Assembly (NCBI RefSeq): GCF_001194135.2
Contig: NC_068981.1
Span: 76,610,170-76,674,169, forward strand
From: Octopus bimaculoides
Taxonomy: Eukaryota
Direction: 5' to 3'
DNA: 64,000 nucleotides
In this document: piece by piece, positions 12,943 through 25,689 of the stretch
Layout: each line of letters opens with the position of its first letter
Numbering within the stretch: the stretch's first letter is position 1
Position numbers and translations under genes: made by a program
The notes under the pieces: generated by a model
The model's database searches: none
What the model saw: the letters and a program-made list of their open reading frames with translations, nothing else
Told to the model about the DNA's origin: nothing

Positions 12943-13110
12943 GCACGCACACACACACACACACACATCTACATACACACACGTATGCGCGCACGCACAT
13001 GCGCACACACACATGCAAGCATGCAGACGCGCAAAGACACACATACACGCATACGCACACATACACACTCTCACGCACGCACACACATTACATATGTACA
13101 TATATATGTG
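12901..13110. repeat. Compound (CA)n/(CG)/(TA) microsatellite
   Basis: Directly visible. Confidence 0.95.
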
Positions 13111-14062
13111 TCTGTATATATGTGGATGCCTGTAAGTACTCGTACCTATGTATTATCAATAATTTTTGAGTACTCCATATGTTATGTAGGCAGAGAATTT
13201 ATTGTAATAGGGTAGATAAATAATATTGCCTTTAAATAATATTATGTTTCATGTCAAGCAGCCTTCTTTAGATAGATGTGATACGAGTAAAAGCTTTTCC
13301 CTGCAGTGATAGCTTTATTTAATCGCTGTTTTACTTTGGTAGCATTTTGTCAATTTCCACTTGGGTACACATTTGGCGAACTTTCATGAAAGAGGAATGC
13401 CAGCTGGCAGGCTTACTCGTATCTCTGTCCGTATACGCAAACACAGATTAGTATTAAGCTTTCAATCCTGTTCTAATGCACGAATAAAATTGTTTAAAAT
13501 GCCAGTATATGAGCGAAACTTTCAGAAACCATTCGATAACTTGAGTTTACTTAATTTCAACAAATTAAATATTCTCTACAAATAAATTGCAACTATGGAA
13601 CTTTTGATGTATAGCTTGCTTTCGTTTAGTATATTGCAAATGATGTTAAAAATTATTAAGCGCTCCCTTTTACAGTTTTTGCCTTACCGAGTTTATATAT
13701 TCTCCAATCAGAGAAAAAGTGAGCTAACTTAGACTATACTATACTGTTAAGGTCTTACAGCGTGAAACATATACCCATTGTTGAACTTGTCTAGAAAAAG
13801 ACATACGATTGTCATTTCTGTAAGCATTTAAGTGATTTCCACAAACATTACCTAGTTTCTAGAAATCTTCCCATTCTTCATTCAAAATTACTAACAATTG
13901 TCGCTAAATTTTTGCATCAATTCTGTAATTTAGTGAGAGATTTTGCTACGTTTAAGATGATTTATTTTTCTGTTTGCATTGAGCATTCACTTTATGCAAT
14001 ATATATATATATGTATGTATGTATGTATGCATGTATGTATGTATGTATGTATGTATGTATAT

Positions 14063-14253
14063 AGTGAGAATTTACAAAAAAACAAAAGCCGAAGACGGGT
14101 GTGTAAACAACAAACAGATGCATTAGTTTAACGCTCGGGAAGTGAGAAAGTCTTTTACATTTCGAGCCTACGCTCTTCGACAGAAAGGAACACAGAAATA
14201 AACAGGGAGGGAAAAATGAAAATAGTTTTAGTCGCTAGCGATCTATCATTGCG
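14063..14253 (-). mobile_element. Putative PLE-type terminal repeat with a variant hammerhead fold, next to (TATG)n and cut by a gap
   Basis: Contains the 14152-14187 motif. Non-microsatellite island between (TATG)n and the gap at 14254. Confidence 0.5.
14152..14187 (-). ncRNA. Variant minimal type I hammerhead-like motif
   Basis: CTTT-CTGTCGA-A-GAGC-gtag-GCTC-GAAA-T-GTA/AAAG. Stem I is CTTT:AAAG and stem II is GAGC:GCTC. Core deviates at A6 (U) and 15.2 (U). Confidence 0.45.
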
Positions 14254-14488
14254 NNNNNNNNNNNNNNNNNNNNNNNNNNNNNNNNNNNNNNNNNNNNNNN
14301 NNNNNACACACACACACAAACACAAACACACACATACACACGCATATAGACAATTATACATATATACATATATGGATTTATATAAATACATATATTTACA
14401 TATATATATGTATATATGTATATATATATATGTATATATGTATATATATATATGTAAGTATGTATTATTAAGTATATAATTATAGAAA

Positions 14489-15264
14489 TATAATTATAAT
14501 CAAGGGCGCTGGATTGCCAACGCCTATACGCTAGAAGCAGATGTCAAATGTCTACACGCAACTCCGAAATCTTCGTAAATCTTCTTGCCCATTACCTCTC
14601 ATTCGGCTTTGTGCTATTAAAGAAAATAGAGAACAAATTTAGAGTGGCTTGTAGACCTAGCGTATAAGAATTACCACTCCAGGGCCCTTAATTATAACTG
14701 TATATTTATAATTATATACTTAAAATTTAATTTTACCGATATGGGTCTTTTTTTATATGATAACCAGATATTATCATTTTAATGATTGTATCATCTATTT
14801 GAAAGTATATATAATTTTAGTTCTCTAGTCATTATATTTTGCTGCGGTACTACATTCACCCCGGCATGATTTCTGACATTAACCACATAGCTAAGATGGA
14901 CGATTAGATACAATGTATATGCGGGAAATGCATGTATATATTGGTACCTGTACACAGAAATTTATCGGTATTTATGTGTACTTTTCGCTTATATATTGTC
15001 GGTGTATTTCTACTGGTGAGTGTAAAGTAATTTTGTATTACAGAACCCGAAATCTTAAGATATAGGGTTATCCGAATTTTTTGTAAATCTCCTTGCCCAT
15101 TACCTCGTATTCGGCCTTGTGTTATTAATAGAAATCAAATTTAGAGTCGCTTGTAGATAGACGTGTGACATCTACTTCTAGCGTATAGGCGTTGGCACTC
15201 AAACACGTTTAATTATAATTATATTTTTATAATAATATACTTAAAAATCAATTTTTACCGATAT
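14489..15264. mobile_element. MITE-like element with about 45-65 bp TIRs, present as one complete short copy plus a second right half
   Basis: gccaacgcctatacgctagaagcagatgtca (14516-14546) is the reverse complement of 15166-15196 with one mismatch. Core 14575-14655 is directly repeated at 15083-15157. A decayed right TIR lies at 14657-14704. The same AT-rich tail (...ttttaccgatat) follows both copies. Confidence 0.7.
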
Positions 15265-15539
15265 TGGCTCATGTGCGGGCGACACATGAAATCTTCCGAG
15301 CGGGATCGTTGCCGGTGCCCCTGGGCTGGCTCTTGTGCGGGTGACACATGAGGTTTTTCGAGCGAGATCGTTGCCAGTGCCCCTGGACTGGCTCTTGTGC
15401 TGGTGACACATGAAATTTCTTCGAGCGAGATCGTTGCCGGTGCCCCTGAACTGGCTCTTGTGTGGGGTTCTGGGATTTTCGAGCGGGATCGTTGCTGGTG
15501 CTCCTAGGCTGGCTCTTGTGCGGGTGACACATGAGGTTT
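15265..15539. repeat. GC-rich minisatellite, about 62-bp unit, running into a gap
   Basis: Units start at 15298, 15360, 15423 and 15481, with a partial unit at 15265. The first full unit is 39/62 G+C. Confidence 0.9.
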
Positions 15540-16193
15540 NNNNNNNNNNNNNNNNNNNNNNNNNNNNNNNNNNNNNNNNNNNNNNNNNNNNNNNNNNNNN
15601 NNNNNNNNNNNNNNNNNNNNNNNNNNNNNNNNNNNNNNNNNNNNNNNNNNNNNNNNNNNNNNNNNNNNNNNNNNNNNNNNNNNNNNNNNNNNNNNNNNNN
15701 NNNNNNNNNNNNNNNNNNNNNNNNNNNNNNNNNNNNNNNNNNNNNNNNNNNNNNNNNNNNNNNNNNNNNNNNNNNNNNNNNNNNNNNNNNNNNNNNNNNN
15801 NNNNNNNNNNNNNNNNNNNNNNNNNNNNNNNNNNNNNNNNNNNNNNNNNNNNNNNNNNNNNNNNNNNNNNNNNNNNNNNNNNNNNNNNNNNNNNNNNNNN
15901 NNNNNNNNNNNNNNNNNNNNNNNNNNNNNNNNNNNNNNNNNNNNNNNNNNNNNNNNNNNNNNNNNNNNNNNNNNNNNNNNNNNNNNNNNNNNNNNNNNNN
16001 NNNNNNNNNNNNNNNNNNNNNNNNNNNNNNNNNNNNNNNNNNNNNNNNNNNNNNNNNNNNNNNNNNNNNNNNNNNNNNNNNNNNNNNNNNNNNNNNNNNN
16101 NNNNNNNNNNNNNNNNNNNNNNNNNNNNNNNNNNNNNNNNNNNNNNNNNNNNNNNNNNNNNNNNNNNNNNNNNNNNNNNNNNNNNNNNNNNNN

Positions 16194-16251
<58 letters not shown>

Positions 16252-19200
16252 TACACACACACACGTATATGCATGTGTATGTATATATACATACTTACAG
16301 AAATGCGTGTACAAACGTGTGCGTGCATATACACAGATATATATGTGTGTGCATGTATACACACACAGACACGTACATACACACATACACACACAAACAC
16401 ATAAATATCTATACACGTACTTTATTTCATATTTAAAGAAGGAGCTATTATGGAACTGAAGCCGGAGGAATAACTTCCATCTGATAAATCTTAACGCTAA
16501 ATGTGAAGTACTGTGACCAACGAGATATTTCCAACATCCCGTTCCTGTGTCAGTGTTTATCTATAACAATTAAAACCTCATTTATGCTCAATAGAAGCTC
16601 GTCAAATGTATGAACTGACAACCCACAAACTCAAAATTGCTACAGACCAACATTGTAACATAATCATTCATTTCTTAGTTCTACTGACAGTCTTTGGCTC
16701 AAATGAAACCAACAAAAAGAATGAAAATATTTATGTTTAAATTCAATGCACACCTGAACTGTCTATTCCGAATTCGATCAACAAGTCCATTTCATTTACT
16801 CCATCTTGAACAATAGTGTGATGTTGTATATCATATATTCCACTGTGTTCTGTTGCATATGAGTTTTGATATGTATATGAATGTATACATATTCCGTTGG
16901 TGTATTTCCTGTCTGCAACGTACATACTGCGCATATATCTATCGATACAGTGGCCTATGCACAGTGCTTAAAATTGGATTGTACTTGTTTGTTGTTCTAT
17001 TTATTGCTCGCAATCTTCTCATCTTCACCCTTCTCCTGCCACAATTCTGACAACAATTTGCTCTTCAAATGACCATGAATACCTCCTCTAATTATTCCAA
17101 CTCCGTAAAGCCTTTAAAGTTTTCATATTTTCGTCCACTCCTTGCTGATCTCGGTTCTTCAACAAATTTTCTTTGTTCTTTTCTTGCGTTCACGGCTCTG
17201 CTAATGAGCGACAGTGAATGCTATAGTGTGTGTATGTGTGTGTGTATGTGTTCATGTGTGTGTCCCCTTTTTTTGCCACCTTTTCTTTTTTGCGTTGCGA
17301 TCTCCTTTATCTCCCATCTCATGTTACTTCACCGTAAACATTTCAACCACTGGTGTGGATTTTATTTCAGACTTTGACTGTCATCTCTATCACTCAATCT
17401 TCCATATTCCCTTCTTTCTTCATTGGTCAACTATCTTATTACTCGCATAAAATTTTACCGGATTTTCTTCCCCTCGCCCTACATGTACTCCTGCCTCTAC
17501 TCCTTTGAATCATTCAGCACTTTATTCGTGATTTTGTGAAAAGATTAAGTAGAATCTTTATATATTCTCTTATTCAGAAGTGCGTAGGTACTCAGCATGA
17601 CAAATTCTTTCACTCTTCACACAAATAAATTCACTGAATTCCTCTATAAATTTGTAGTTGGAATACCTGACAGTATTTGTAAGGAAAAAAAATAATATAT
17701 ATTTTTAATATTGATTTAATTCATCACTAAATGTTTATTTTAAATTGACGTTTAAGTTTTGAACGGACAATGTAGAAATACAGAATTATTTAATATTCAT
17801 TACTGAAGGAAAAAATAACAGGAAAAAAACCCAGCAAAATTATTTTAAATAATTTAAGCACACATAAAACAGAGAAGAGAACAGATATACCAGTAAAATG
17901 TTTAGTTTGGAAATAGAAGGCTAGTAACACATTCTATAATTGAAATGTTTAGAAACCGACCGTCCTAAGCTCCACAACTTAAAAACCAAGAATAATGCAA
18001 ATTTACATGACATTCAGACTGCGATATCTCGGCAAGAAATGAAGTTAGGAAGCTGGTTTTGCTCTTCAAATGACCGTGAATACCTCCTCTAATTATTCCA
18101 TCTCCGTAAACTTATATATTTATTTATGCTTCTAAAAGATGAAACAATTACTGCGTCTTTCTCATTTTGTCAAATATACCGGTACTACGAAACGGTGTGC
18201 TGCATTGCATATTATAGTCATAATACCAAGAAAAAATATACAGAGGCCCCACCACCCAAAGGTATTGTTAAGGGGCAAGTAAGACAAGATAGTAAGGTAA
18301 TAGTCCATTATCGTTACGATGGTAACGAATAATATTAGAAAATGAGCCATAACACTTCGAAAAACGATACAGGGACCATACCAAACTTATTGATTGAGCG
18401 TGTGTGCTTACAACGGTGTGTTATTAAACCCTCTGGTCCGAGTTTGGGTGAGCGAGTGTCGAGTCAATAGCGTCGGGGTACAATTTTTTCAGCTGGATTT
18501 TCGACCTTATTGCAAACCTCACCGGTTCTTCCTCCCAACTTTTTCTGATTCTAGACGTCAAGGCGAAGAAAACGATATAGCAACCTCGAAAATCGCCAGG
18601 GTGGCGCTTACAACACTCTGTCACTAAACACCTCAAGTAATAAATAAAATTTTTCGTCGTCTATTAAGAATTCAGGGAATTGTCAACGATTATTCAGTAA
18701 AGGTTATAGAAGTGACTCAAATTGATATCAAATTACTTAAAAAGCAGTCAGTATCAGTGCTGCCACAGCTCTCATTTTCTCAATAAACTTTGTATAAAGA
18801 AGTTATCTTCAATGTTAATACCTATTTCTTCAACTCGTGGAATAACGAAACAACTTTTGAACTGTTATACTAGCAATTTATAGGTTTGGCTGCAATACAA
18901 TGGGTTTTATTTATTTTTTATCAAATATCAAAACTCGAGAAGAAACTCAAGTTTTCTTTATCCTCTGGAAGACAAAAGATCGCATGCAGTGAGTGAACAT
19001 TTCCGAAGAAGAAACCAATAAGGATTTTCAAATCAAGGAATTCAGTGATACTTTCATATCTGGTTTATTTCTTTTCTGGATTATAACAGCGTAATCTTGT
19101 TGGATTTTGCTGACACAACCACCAAGATGAATGCAAATTACTACACTATCAAGATTAATGCGAAGTACTACACTGCGCATAAAGAAAAGTCTCAAGACGA

Positions 19201-19506
19201 AACAGTGAACGCCTAGACTATTATGTATTAGTCAGGTATCTGAACGACATTAAACCATAGTGTATAATTCTTATTTTCCAGGTAGTATTGTTGTATCAGT
19301 TACTTTCCTCTAAATGCTTTTATGAAAGTGTGTCATTTATATGTAAATGAGTACAAAACAAATTAAGTCTAATGCTTTAATGTAGCATCAAATCTAATCC
19401 GGTTAAAATTCATTATATAATGTAATACAATGTGTTCATATAAAAAAGAAGTATATGAGTACAAGGTACACTTATATTAGTAGGAAACCAGCGTGGATGT
19501 ATACTA

Positions 19507-19710
19507 AAGGCGGTGAGCTGGCAGAATCAGTGGTACACTCAGGAAAATACTGAATGTCTATCTTTCCTCTCTGAGTTTTAATGCCACCCAGGGCGGTTTT
19601 AATTGTCTTGATTTCGGGGTCGATAAAATAAGTACCAGGTGAACTCTGAAGTTGATGTAATCGACCTACCCCCTCACCGAAATTGCTAACCTTGTGCAAA
19701 AATTGTATAA
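19507..19710 (+). mobile_element. tRNA-derived SINE, family A
   Basis: aggcggtgagctggcagaatc head; ttcggggtcgataaaataagtaccagg...gatgtaatcgacctaccccc body. Confidence 0.85.
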
Positions 19711-20354
19711 TTGATGTGGCTCTCCCTACAAGACTGATCTCAGCAATTTCGGTGAAGGGGTAGGTCGCTTACATCGCGAACTCTGATGGAAGCCTTGCAT
19801 TTAACTCGTAATCATATTTGAATTACTGTGCATATATCATAATTATATTCGTCTTTTTATGATTTTTTTTTTCAATTATCTCCCTTCTTTCACATTTAAA
19901 TTGTCAACAAAATATAATCAGTAACTATTCTGAGATTGTTCCTTATTTCAGTCATTGCGTAATTCCTGGAAGCCAGTCCGTAAGGTAACCTCATTTCAAG
20001 TAAAGAGTCATTTTTAACTGACAATTGTATTCAATAGCGTTAAACGAATTTAAAGTTAGTTGCCTGAAAATGAGAATTTAATTTAATATCTTGTGAGTTT
20101 AAGAAAATCCTATTCACTTAAACTGTCGTTTATCACGCATTCTAATTTAATATTTCTATACATTGATTCATGAGGTGCACATGACATTATACATACCTTT
20201 ATTCACAAATATACACATACATGCATGTATGTGGGGGTGTACATATACACACATGGTTACATCTATAGATATGTGCGTATGTATGTGTGTATGTACGTAT
20301 GTATGTATATATACATGTGTATATATGTGTATGTAAATAAATGTGTGTGTATAT

Positions 20355-20391
<37 letters not shown>

Positions 20392-21061
20392 NNNNNNNNN
20401 NNNNNNNNNNNNNNNNNNNNNNNNNNNNNNNNNNNNNNNNNNNNNNNNNNNNNNNNNNNNNNNNNNNNNNNNNNNNNNNNNNNNNNNNNNNNNNNNNNNN
20501 NNNNNNNNNNNNNNNNNNNNNNNNNNNNNNNNNNNNNNNNNNNNNNNNNNNNNNNNNNNNNNNNNNNNNNNNNNNNNNNNNNNNNNNNNNNNNNNNNNNN
20601 NNNNNNNNNNNNNNNNNNNNNNNNNNNNNNNNNATATATATATATATATATATAACAGTCGTTGCAATGCATTGCAATGCCTACTTATCAGTTATTTGGT
20701 TTATACATTTTATGTAGGTCTTATCCCACCATCCTAATTTTTAACACATTATTTTGTAATATTGCAGTGTCTTATTACTTTATCTTTAAGGAGAGGATAC
20801 GTTTCATTGGATGCAGTTTTGATCTACACTAATTAACACATCGTTAATATCATTACGAACACGCTTTCATTATTTGCAAACCTTTTCATTCTCTCTGTAT
20901 CACCGTTTCTCTCCCTCCATCGTTCTCTCGTTCCCTCTGTGTGTTTGTGTGTATGTTTGTTTGTGTGTTTATTTGTGTGTGTGTATGTGTGTGTGCGTGT
21001 GCGCGTGGGCGCCTAAATGTATTGCTATTTGCGTTGCTTATGCGTGTAAAGATAGTTGGAC

Positions 21062-21104
<43 letters not shown>

Positions 21105-21947
21105 CACATAGTCGTAAATCATGAAATAAATCATAAGATGCGCCAAGGACATAGTGACATGCATAAACTGATCATGATCACAAGAACCTAACATGTATAT
21201 TTTATAGCTATTGATTGCAATATATTGCAAAATGCATTTCGAGAACTTACCAACCCATACTCACACAAACACACAGGCAATCGCAAACACAAACACACAC
21301 GCACAAACGCACAGACGCACAAACGCGCGCACGCACAAAAGCGCGCACGCACGCACATACATACATATATACATGTGTATCTCATTTACGCTGGTTTCTC
21401 ATCATTGACGCTCAGTGGTCACGTACCGCTACTGATCATGCTTTCCCTATTTACAAGACTCGTTTCTCGTTATCTTTTCTCCACGTTCTGCATTAACCAC
21501 TTAACCCAAACCGTCCATCCTAGAATATCATCCTAGTAGAAATATCTCATTGCTCATCTTTTTCTCGTAGCCATCAACTTGCAGTGGCCTAAAACGAACA
21601 TTAACGTGTCTCTGAAGACATTCTACTGACAACACTTTCCTACAGACCAACTCATTCAGAAAAGCACGAGAGCTGCAAATTGTGACTCTATTAAAAGAAT
21701 GCTTAAAAAGGTCAAATATTCATTCACCTTGAACACCTTTAAGAGTCTAAACTGGCTGGTAGTCAATATGAAGATAATATATTTGAAAGGAGTATAACAA
21801 CTATGATTCAGCTCCTATAAAACTTATCTAACAACGGCTCAAGAATTTTTACAACTGAAGTGTGCATATTCTTTATTTTGTTGCCATATATATGCATATG
21901 AATATTGAAATTATGGAACAGAAGCAGCTCTATGATATAAATATCCT

Positions 21948-22155
21948 TTCTACATTAGGAACAAGGCCTGAAATTTTGGTAGAGCGGGTAATTCGATTAT
22001 ATCGACCCCAGTGTTTCACCGGTACTTAATTTATCGATCCTGAAAGGATGAAAGGCAAAGTCGACCCAGGCGTCATTTAAACTCAGAATGTGAAGGGAGA
22101 CGAAATACCGCTAAGCATTTCACCCGGTGTGCTAACGATTCTTCCAGCTCCCCGC
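21948..22155 (-). mobile_element. tRNA-derived SINE, family A
   Basis: Reverse complement of family A: atcgaccccagtg..ggtacttaatttatcgatcctgaaaggatgaaaggcaaagtcgac...gctaacgattcttccagctccccgc. Confidence 0.85.
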
Positions 22156-22614
22156 ATTCTATGAACATAAAAATTACCAATGTCCCATACTTGACGTATG
22201 TATGTTATTTGAACACCAAAAGCTGCGGTTTTCCGTCCTGGAAAGAAATCCCTTTATAGACGTATTGTGTTAAAAAAAAACTATATACTTCAGAATTTTA
22301 GCAAAAGGAAATACCCACAAAAGTAATCCCGAGAACGACAGAAATTGTATTTCTTCGTTACTGCGGTTTNNNNNNNNNNNNNNNNNNNNNNNNNNNNNNN
22401 NNNNNNNNNNNNNNNNNNNNNNNNNNNNNNNNNNNNNNNNNNNNNNNNNNNNNNNNNNNNNNNNNNNNNNNNNNNNNNNNNNNNNNNNNNNNNNNNNNNN
22501 NNNNNNNNNNNNNNNNNNNNNNNNNNNNNNNNNNNNNNNNNNNNNNNNNNNNNNNNNNNNNNNNNNNNNNNNNNNNNNNNNNNNNNNNNNNNNNNNNNNN
22601 NNNNNNNNNNNNNN

Positions 22615-22647
<33 letters not shown>

Positions 22648-23483
22648 GCTAGTTTAAACAAACAATCAATTCAAAAACACGAATAATAAAATTAACAAAC
22701 AAGAGGGAGTGCGCAAGGAATATATTAGCTTCACACTCGATGAGAAGAGAAAGTTTGACGTTTCTACCATAGCTCTTCACCGAAAAAGAGAAAGGGAAAA
22801 ATCCAAAGAAAGAAAAACAATTGCCAATATCACGTATATGGTTACATTTTATGTATGTAGATGTATATGTCTGTATGTGTACACACACATATTCACGTAT
22901 GTGTGTACTCATACATACAGGAGTAGTACTTTGACAAATGAGCAGAATATGCATTACTGAATTGTCCGTTGCTTTCACCATTTAGTTTCAGATCTAAGGC
23001 ACATTTCATTCTGTCTTTGCCATATTACATCAATATTACTGATCAGATATTATGATCAACATATTGTATTTAGGTTACGTTGTGTATAGTAATTATATTC
23101 TTTTCTGATTTGAAACACTCCTAGGCATAGGTTTTGTCTAATAATTACTCAGATAAACTTAGCTGATCAAAAGCTTCCAGCTTCTATTAAATATGTGGGT
23201 ATTTACTGTGTTTGTGTGGCTTACATGTACTTGAATATTTTGACTCAAACACCCCTTCAAACATAAATGTTGGTTCAGAAATCTGCCATGATTACACAAC
23301 CAGAGCGAAAACGATCACTAACACATACCTCACGTGCGTGATTATGTGAAATACTGTGTAACGATACAGTTAATTCACCGAATAAATATATCCTCTAGTT
23401 AATTTATTGAATTCTGTTTTAATACCCTTGTATATATTATTATATATGCATACATATGTACGAGGAAGTATAGACTGTGAGAG

Positions 23484-23525
23484 TGAGTGAAGAGAGAGAG
23501 AGAAAGAAAAGAGATTGGAAGATCA

Positions 23526-23571
<46 letters not shown>

Positions 23572-23598
23572 AGAGATGGAGAGAAAGAGGGAGAGAAA
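23484..23598. repeat. (GA)n-rich microsatellite
   Basis: Directly visible. Confidence 0.95.
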
Positions 23599-23977
23599 GA
23601 TGCAAATATACGGACGTGTATCAGCCTGGGTATGCTTCAACTTCTGTTTATTATTACAAAAACATAAAACTTTTCAATATTGGAAATTTTATATTATTGA
23701 TATCAACATATGTACATATGTACGTACATCAACAGTCACCCAGACAAGTTTCACTGTATAAAAATACAACTTTTCCTGCATATTACAAATGTCTATCATC
23801 ACATCATCACATACCCCATAAATTGAATAGTATATAGATGTGTGCTTGCGTGTCTNNNNNNNNNNNNNNNNNNNTATATATATATACATATATATAAATA
23901 TATGTATATATATATGTGTATATATACACTATACATACATATATACACTTAAATATATGCATAAATATATTAACACG

Positions 23978-24009
<32 letters not shown>

Positions 24010-25371
24010 TTATGTATGTATGCATGTACGTGAGTGCATGTAAGTATGTATACAATGTTTCCAATATATATGTCATTATAAAGAGTATGCACATTCCTGT
24101 ACAATATTCCTATTCAAGGTTTATAATAAAAATTTCAATTCCACCGTTCATAAAGTTAACTTATATTACGTATTATATTTTATTATATTTTCTTTTCATG
24201 GCCTTCATTCAGACCTTAATTTATATTTCAATATTTCGTGGCATTATATTTCAATTTTACATTATAGGCATTTTATTTCCGATCACACAACTACACGAAA
24301 TGGTGATATATACTTGAGTTATCTATTTTATGATGTTTTTAGTATTTATCTGTATTTTTATACTTTTTTCTTTGTCATTTATATATGTATATATATATAT
24401 AAATATANNNNNNNNNNNNNNNNNNNNNNNNNNNNNNNNNNNNNNNNNNNNNNNNNNNNNNNNNNNNNNNNNNNNNNNNNNNNNNNNNNNNNNNNNNNNN
24501 NNNNNNNNNNNNNNNNNNNNNNNNNNNNNNNNNNNNNNNNNNNNNNNNNNNNNNNNNNNNNNNNNNNNNNNNNNNNNNNNNNNNNNNNNNNNNNNNNNNN
24601 NNNNNNNNNNNNNNNNNNNNNNNNNNNNNNNNNNNNNNNNNNNNNNNNNNNNNNNNNNNNNNNNNNNNNNNNNNNNNNNNNNNNNNNNNNNNNNNNNNNN
24701 NNNNNNNNNNNNNNNNNNNNNNNNNNNNNNNNNNNNNNNNNNNNNNNNNNNNNNNNNNNNNNNNNNNNNNNNNNNNNNNNNNNNNNNNNNNNNNNNNNNN
24801 NNNNNNNNNNNNNNNNNNNNNNNNNNNNNNNNNNNNNNNNNNNNNNNNNNNNNNNNNNNNNNNNNNNNNNNNNNNNNNNNNNNNNNNNNNNNNNNNNNNN
24901 NNNNNNNNNNNNNNNNNNNNNNNNNNNNNNNNNNNNNNNNNNNNNNNNNNNNNNNNNNNNNNNNNNNNNNNNNNNNNNNNNNNNNNNNNNNNNNNNNNNN
25001 NNNNNNNNNNNNNNNNNNNNNNNNNNNNNNNNNNNNNNNNNNNNNNNNNNNNNNNNNNNNNNNNNNNNNNNNNNNNNNNNNNNNNNNNNNNNNNNNNNNN
25101 NNNNNNNNNNNNNNNNNNNNNNNNNNNNNNNNNNNNNNNNNNNNNNNNNNNNNNNNNNNNNNNNNNNNNNNNNNNNNNNNNNNNNNNNNNNNNNNNNNNN
25201 NNNNNNNNNNNNNNNNNNNNNNNNNNNNNNNNNNNNNNNNNNNNNNNNNNNNNNNNNNNNNNNNNNNNNNNNNNNNNNNNNNNNNNNNNNNNNNNNNNNN
25301 NNNNNNNNNNNNNNNNNNNNNNNNNNNNNNNNNNNNNNNNNNNNNNNNATATATATATATATATATATATA

Positions 25372-25680
25372 TCCGCCCACTACAAAAATCGAACTCAGGA
25401 CACATAGCAACATTAATTCACAATTATTTTACGTCATCTGGTTCAGCTCTCTTTAATACCATACCAAAATACGTCAAAACGGAAACGGATCCCCTAAAAT
25501 TCAAAAGTTCACTGGACGAATTTCTTTAAAAAGTCCAGTACAAACATCCTACACCCGGATATGTCTCCAACAATAATAATTCTTTTCTAGAGTGGGCCAT
25601 GGGGCCCCGTATATGACTAAAAGACTTCCGGTGGTATTATAAAGTTAGAGGTGGCCAGGGCATATACTGGCTGAAACCTA
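25372..25680 (+). mobile_element. 3' end of a CR1/L2-group LINE (ORF2 C-terminus plus 3'UTR)
   Basis: HNYFTSSGSALFNTIPKYVKTETDPLKFKSSLDEFL*..HPTPGYVSNNNNSFLEW resembles the G-xxLFNxLP...FKxxLDxFL...PGY...NSL C-terminus of this group. Confidence 0.65.
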
Positions 25681-25689
25681 TCAAAGATG

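Noticed and set aside
15265-15539. 62-bp repeats as a CRISPR array
   Set aside because: Units are contiguous with no unique spacers, there are no cas genes, and the context is eukaryotic.
16754-16849. Possible 96-nt phase-1/phase-1 exon on the minus strand (EHSGIYDIQHHTIVQDGVNEMDLLIEFGIDSSG)
   Set aside because: AG and GT are present and the frame is open, but there is no polypyrimidine tract, the donor is weak (GTGTGC), no domain is recognisable and no partner exons were found. Needs RNA-seq.
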